From positions 51,247 through 115,246 of IMG/VR virus record IMGVR_UViG_3300048694_001252: 64,000 nt of DNA; one strand, 5' to 3'. Made by a program: the position numbers and the translations under genes. The notes under the pieces are model-generated. The model saw only the letters and a program-made list of their open reading frames with translations, searched no databases and was not told the DNA's origin. This stretch comes from a virus. This document shows, in pieces, positions 61,601 to 64,000 of this stretch (within the stretch, counting starts at the first letter, position 1; every line of letters starts with the position of its first letter).

Positions 61601-64000
61601 ACACAGCCACAGAATTGTTAGTGGCCGCTCCCGCAGGCAGTACCTATCTCGTGATAGAATTTGACAACGATCAAACCGATTTTGATGCTGGATCTACGCT
61701 GTTGTTCAATTCCAGCGATGGTAGTGGTGCTGTCTATGTTTACGATTACTTGCCGTCAAATCAACCCAGCGTGACCAATCCGGCAAAGTTTATACTGGGA
61801 CAGCAGATCGCTATTTCAGATCTAGGCACTCTGGATCAACTGGGTCGGGGCTTGAGCTATCGCGATGGTGTGTTACTCATGGGAGCTCCGGGCAGTGATC
61901 TCAACGACAGCAGCCAGGCCGATTATGGGCGAGTGTATATCTGGCAAAATCCCACTCGTGAATCAGCCTGGCGTCTGCTGCATCGAGAAACTGCGGTAGT
62001 GGACATTCGCATGCTGGATAGCGTATATCTGTACAATCTAGTCAGCAGTGAGACCACGCAGTTCTTGGATTTCTTCAGTCCCTTGCAGGGCAAAATCCTG
62101 GGTGCTGCGCAGCAAAATATCGATTTTATCAGTGCAGTTGATCCGGCCGGTTACAACGTGGGTGCCATAGGATCCAAGGGTCAGACCTGGGGGCAGGATC
62201 GTGTGGGTGAAACTTGGTGGGATGTTTCCAGTGTGCGTTTCTTGGACAGCAGCCAAGACAACATCACCTATGATGCACGTCAGTGGGGTCGGGTATTTCC
62301 GGGCAGCCAGATCAACATATATCAGTGGATCGTGAGTGCTGTACCACCGGCCAACTATAGCGGTCCTGGGCAGGTGCGAGATGTGACGAATTATTCTGTG
62401 AATTCCGTGCTCACCCGCGAAGGTATATTGCAAACTCAATATTTCTTCTGGGTAAGTGATCTCACTACCATAGCCACCAACAAGGGCAAAACGCTATCGA
62501 TCTCTACGGTAGCTCAATACATAGAAAACCCGCGCCTGAGTGGTATCGCTTATATGGCACCTATCAATGCCAACACTGTGGCCCTATACAATTGTCAAAA
62601 TCTTATAGAAGCCCAGGACACTGTGCTACATGTTGAGTTTGATCGCGAACTCAATGATGACAATGTGCATATAGAGTATCAATTGATACCGCAAGATCGT
62701 GCAGATGGTTGGCTCAGTGACAGTTTGTATCGCAAATTGTTGGATAGCTTCTGTGGTGTGGATGCAGCCGGCAATCTTGTGCCCGATAATTCACTGAGTC
62801 CGGCCGAACAGTATGGTGTGCAATTCCGTCCTCGCCAGAGCATGTTCTCGGATCGCTTCCTGGCGCTCAAGACCTATATTGTGCGCTCCAATACTATATT
62901 GGCTCAATATCCCATAGTGGAAATGCGCAATCTTGGCCTACTCAATAGCGAACAGCCCATACCACCTGTCAATTCAGGTGAATACGACGTACAGGTAGCT
63001 GACATAGAAATATTGGGATACCAAAACATATATCAGGTGCCCTTGGGTTATCGATATCTAGTCCAGACTGATAGTTCTGAATTTGGTCTCTGGACCATAT
63101 ATCAGGTGGTCTTGACCGGAGAAAGTGTTACCAGAGAATTGAGATTGGTTCAAGTGCAGAATTATCGCACTGCCGATTACTGGAACTATATCGATTGGGT
63201 TCGTCCCGGATATAATGCCAGCATCCAGCCCTTGGCTCAGGTGGCAAACTACAGCGCTCTAGATACAGTATCGGTGCCTGTGGGCAGCAGTGTCAAGGTC
63301 CTGGCCAACAGTCAAGGCATGTACGAAATCTACTTGCGTACCGACACCGGATGGGAGCGTGTGGTATTGCAGAATGGTACCATAGCCATATCTGATACCA
63401 TATATGATTATCCCGCAGGCCGATTTGGCTTTGACGCCGAGGCTTTTGACACCCTATATTTTGATCAAGATCCCACTACGGAAACTCGTCGTATTTTACA
63501 AGCACTCAACGAACAGATTTTCACAGATGAGCTCTTGATCTATCGCAATCAACTGTTGATCTTGATGTTCAATTTTGTATTGACTGAATTCCCGGCGCCG
63601 CAGTGGTTGATGAAAACCAGCTTGATTGACGTGGATCATAGACTACGAAGTCTGTTGCCGTTCCCCAACTATCAATTGGACAATCAGGAATTCGTGGTAG
63701 ATTACATTCAGGAAGTCAAGCCCTATCATGTGCAAATACGACAGGTCAATCTGCGCTATTTTGGTCAGGACGATTTCATGGGTGACATCACAGACTTTGA
63801 TGTTCCGGCCTATTACAATACAGCATTGGATATACCTCAATATGTGAGTCCCATCCTGACTCCCTATGCCATAAGCACAGCCACAGGGTCGCCTAGTACG
63901 ATCCAGAGCGATGCCTCGGCCACTGACCCCATCTGGACTCAGTGGCCCTGGAGTCAATGGTATGGCCACTATCTCATGTTGATTGATGGTGTCACTGTGG
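52681..64000 (+). CDS. Giant virion/baseplate protein (>3,770 aa, partial; absent from the ORF track, presumably because it has no stop in the window)
   Basis: The ATG overlaps the gp6 TGA (TGATG): MARFRTVNYLPEIFQT... The frame reads open where I checked it, including the last line, and no closed ORF in this frame is listed. FG-GAP/beta-propeller-like repeats at about 59.7-62 kb (FGSSLSIG...VAGAPG, FGSTVAMS...YIGAPY). Confidence 0.85.
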   Translation, partial: MARFRTVNYLPEIFQTDANRQFLAATLDTLVQEPQLKQTQGFIGRTVGPGVIPEDRYVVEPNKTRADYQLEPGVISLDPKDTARIQDAITYPGILESVSARGGVGSRPDRLMQSDYYTWDPFCNFDSLVNYSQYYWLPNGPDAVDVSATGIPVTDTFDVTRANGVYTFSGLAGTNPTVELVRGGSYIFNVYQNSKETVNFKVSNQGLAGYTIDNQVNPTITLARGNTYVFNLVLRGPYPFWIKTNNELGTAYAYNDGVTRNGSLTGIVTFVVPQDAPDVLYYVSENQPNMRGMINIVDGDPGTGPGFWIQTEPGIGGRNSASPNISTREVLGVINNGEDLGTVVFNVPTKTQQNYFYNLPTYSLPVDLVSTISYTDLQGQSVSGFLQIYGGIDGVSNLDNRTVIFTGGSPGIDPPDTRQLFQITYDYIDNIPYINVAKIADIPNQCKWMIRYGTMYSNTQWYKTPQGTFKRMPLLTAALDTLYYQDGTDPGIVGKIRLVDPVNSSTIYIDDILGKKNYTSPNGVTFTNGLKVVFRGDVLPDTYASNTITIDCLSTTSQQNLISTYSTEHLRVGQEIIFSAPTLGGLTPAQPYYVRFIDNVLQFQVSETPDGAAVALANGTGHMLAAVTNYRAYYVAGVGTAIQLLPVTDFVTPELYIGDENESGSTVPLLPDYITIDRASSDHNAWSRSNRWFHIDVIQATAEYNNTIVTLNETDRARRPIIQFNAGIRLFDMGSQGLAPVDVIDFTETDALSNVEGATSYTVYGYSVINGSRIIFANDLDPQVRDKIWQVEFIYPDTVPPLVSQPVIHLRLADDGDVAVDMCTVILNHGTSQLPVPTGETEIIGGQTVIKGQAGASYWYDGTAWIASQTKTQVQQPPLFNVYDMQGVSFSDRVKYPSTDFAGTRLFSYAISDVGVKDVVLGFPLRYLTINNLGDIVFDNNLYTDQFNYVKDKGSYTQSISAGTPRVYSTRTEYQRVLGWQDAVTTTQVYQQFRFVFTTVNLELDVVVSERTDIPVVKVYVNNVWLPPAGFSIARYDKRTVITLATAPAPDSIIEVVALSEQTSNTGFYQVPINLQNNPFNANSDAFTLGTIRQHYQSICENLLPLSGPVNGANNSRDLGDIVPYGQVILQQSAPLTLAGYFLRSNKFNIWNSLVYNGREYTKYKNLILENVTQQVINFETAAQILDRAIANVTQGRVETQPFYWSDMLPSGSIYQETVYPITYITTRTFNTLYVHDYTSANYLGMDVYLDGDILTRGRDYTVAANAATITVITTLAVGQTLTIREYETTAGSFCPNTPTKLGLYPAWQPEIVVQTTTDGEQAMIMGHDGSATKIFGDIRDSVLLEFETRIYNNLKLDDNPVPLTIADVLPGQFRRTGFDLSEIQNILNQDFLSWIAWNKLDYTTQEFNISNSFTYNYSQAQNRLDSSLLPGAWRGINRYFYDTVQPQSTPWEMLGFSVKPTWWDLTYGTGPYTDGNLVLWDDLEAGIVRDPLGAYVLPAYVRPRLTQVIPSGSEGQLLSPLDTVVGNFEDETFVNDWSVGNGGPTEASWWTSSLYPFAVMRVLALTRPAKFFSLFVDRDLYRYNSEFEQYLYRGRYRMDARDLEVYGNGVSKASFMNWIVDYNRQTGLDSTQEMSQDLANLDVRLCYRMASFSDKQYITLMTERSTPNSNNSGFTIPDNSYQLLLYKNQVFAEVTYSSVIVQRTNTGYQVFGYSTLQPYFTQTVSMSTSKPLTITSGGITVQVSTVFSNITQQIPYSTEFATPQEVAQFLLCYGHWLGTQGFVFDNISNGYVLDWTRMASEFLYWAGQDWDNGVLININPLAQKLQITKAQSVVDSLQVQSAENVLLDQNRRELPTRNLNIVRLDNTLTVEPMTDQSLSFVDLNFTSYEHMIVLNNRSEFGDLILDPTTGARQSRLYLMTTNTSDWNGSIDTPGFILNRDNIEAWTGLRTYAKGEIVRHKGSYWSAATIVQPSARFNYNDWLQSDYTKIEQGLLPNLANKAVQLQQSYDINQANIDSEQDLFSFGLIGFRPRQYLAALDLDSVGQVNVYRQFLGTKGTKLSAENLRSSRLTKEQADYAIFENWAVQRGVYGANANRSFVEFRLNRALLSANPSTVQVINAGESSEADQTILLGNIWRQSYKLTTTDIFPTTLDLPTDVGLPSAGYVDIDDVDITVFDITDPANLSANLDKIGVGTSVWVAKINDYDWNIYRCESIPGSINHLCDNLDGTSLVIFTQQHGLSVGNQLIIRFFDAAVDGIYRVLSVPSLNQVTIAYQFVGRGRTVIDGTGIGFTLETMRVAQFSDLVNLPYANQLTPGARAWVDDDGDGRWGVYEKQDIYTATTTLASKNPDATEGYGATVAMGANQQSVLVGSPRYGFPAGAEKGAIYTYVKNYTGTFQPVSPVLGTDAILELGTADSRGFGSSLSIGNLDWAVAGAPGSLGGAAQTDSGYAAVIHRSEAVVPNANPYQLWQLLTTPGLINTDQAQFGSTVAMSHDERWMYIGAPYKDNGSVAAYTRVEWREQTLDTHGTGSQTDYAFGGTIEISDANQLAVTVNGILQTLGVDYSVNLVTQQVIFGSAPAADRPIRIRRLDAVQLDETAGPTYDLAQYFYQVDLADSNIYSFQLTLNGDLLRPNIDYTFNTMTKIVSISAALTLGDVLLARASWYWLYVDTILPPTITGTPALFGSSLVCTTDGRQVLIGARNQDVDGVVQAGCVYVYDRDVQRFHYGETSTVTFTVLGSAPNPLAVSVLVNNQFLTPETSTVVDAPNSFTVSGNNITVNTDLVTGDFVDIETNQFQLAQVIMQDQIAEFSNYGQAVDICRYNCSLYVGAPQSSVQIFKGGVVERSVNQARSFGIIASVNTNPVLTPGDTLRVNNQDVEVPAASGSVSSLQGLALAITNQVPNTQASVTNGVLQITVMNMAASVPGNRLQVAPGTVGTAFDDLGFDTFVIAQTITSPLPLQYAQFGAALTISDTATELLVAAPAGSTYLVIEFDNDQTDFDAGSTLLFNSSDGSGAVYVYDYLPSNQPSVTNPAKFILGQQIAISDLGTLDQLGRGLSYRDGVLLMGAPGSDLNDSSQADYGRVYIWQNPTRESAWRLLHRETAVVDIRMLDSVYLYNLVSSETTQFLDFFSPLQGKILGAAQQNIDFISAVDPAGYNVGAIGSKGQTWGQDRVGETWWDVSSVRFLDSSQDNITYDARQWGRVFPGSQINIYQWIVSAVPPANYSGPGQVRDVTNYSVNSVLTREGILQTQYFFWVSDLTTIATNKGKTLSISTVAQYIENPRLSGIAYMAPINANTVALYNCQNLIEAQDTVLHVEFDRELNDDNVHIEYQLIPQDRADGWLSDSLYRKLLDSFCGVDAAGNLVPDNSLSPAEQYGVQFRPRQSMFSDRFLALKTYIVRSNTILAQYPIVEMRNLGLLNSEQPIPPVNSGEYDVQVADIEILGYQNIYQVPLGYRYLVQTDSSEFGLWTIYQVVLTGESVTRELRLVQVQNYRTADYWNYIDWVRPGYNASIQPLAQVANYSALDTVSVPVGSSVKVLANSQGMYEIYLRTDTGWERVVLQNGTIAISDTIYDYPAGRFGFDAEAFDTLYFDQDPTTETRRILQALNEQIFTDELLIYRNQLLILMFNFVLTEFPAPQWLMKTSLIDVDHRLRSLLPFPNYQLDNQEFVVDYIQEVKPYHVQIRQVNLRYFGQDDFMGDITDFDVPAYYNTALDIPQYVSPILTPYAISTATGSPSTIQSDASATDPIWTQWPWSQWYGHYLMLIDGVTV

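Noticed and set aside
52768-63969. Short ORFs, mostly minus-strand, listed within the last 11 kb
   Set aside because: They are antisense or alternate-frame shadows of the giant plus-strand ORF.
1-64000. Genome-wide TAG reassignment (alternative genetic code)
   Set aside because: All long genes are intact under the standard code. TAG ends several genes at natural C-termini (e.g. ...IEIVVGRV, and gp55 with TAG-TAA).

Overview
A 64-kb segment of a large T4-like (myovirus-type) tailed phage genome, covering morphogenesis and late-gene functions. The minus-strand block (1-32 kb) encodes two giant, nearly proline-free collagen-like fibres, LamG proteins, a long Gly/Asn-rich fibre, a free-standing GIY-YIG/NUMOD3 homing endonuclease, the head module (gp23, gp22, gp21, acidic core protein, portal gp20) and a tape-measure-like protein with a lysozyme domain. 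The middle holds a gp26/gp51-like pair, a GIY-YIG gene, two radical SAM enzymes, gp46/gp47 and the late sigma factor gp55. The plus-strand block (40.6-64 kb) encodes baseplate genes and a >3,700-aa ORF that runs off the window. Late genes carry a TAAATA box. Top finding: an amber-suppressor tRNA (anticodon CUA, 13967-14040) lies 18 nt upstream of a gene with a strong RBS that reads ATG-TCC-TAG-ATT..., so it has an in-frame amber stop at codon 3. TAG is a normal stop elsewhere in the window, which suggests a self-contained tRNA-gated read-through switch. Other leads are a ~420-nt structured RNA directly after the compact GIY-YIG gene, a -1 slippery site joining the gp26-like and gp51-like ORFs, and hairpin-embedded or leaderless late promoters. 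All product calls come from motif recognition and gene order; no database searches were run.
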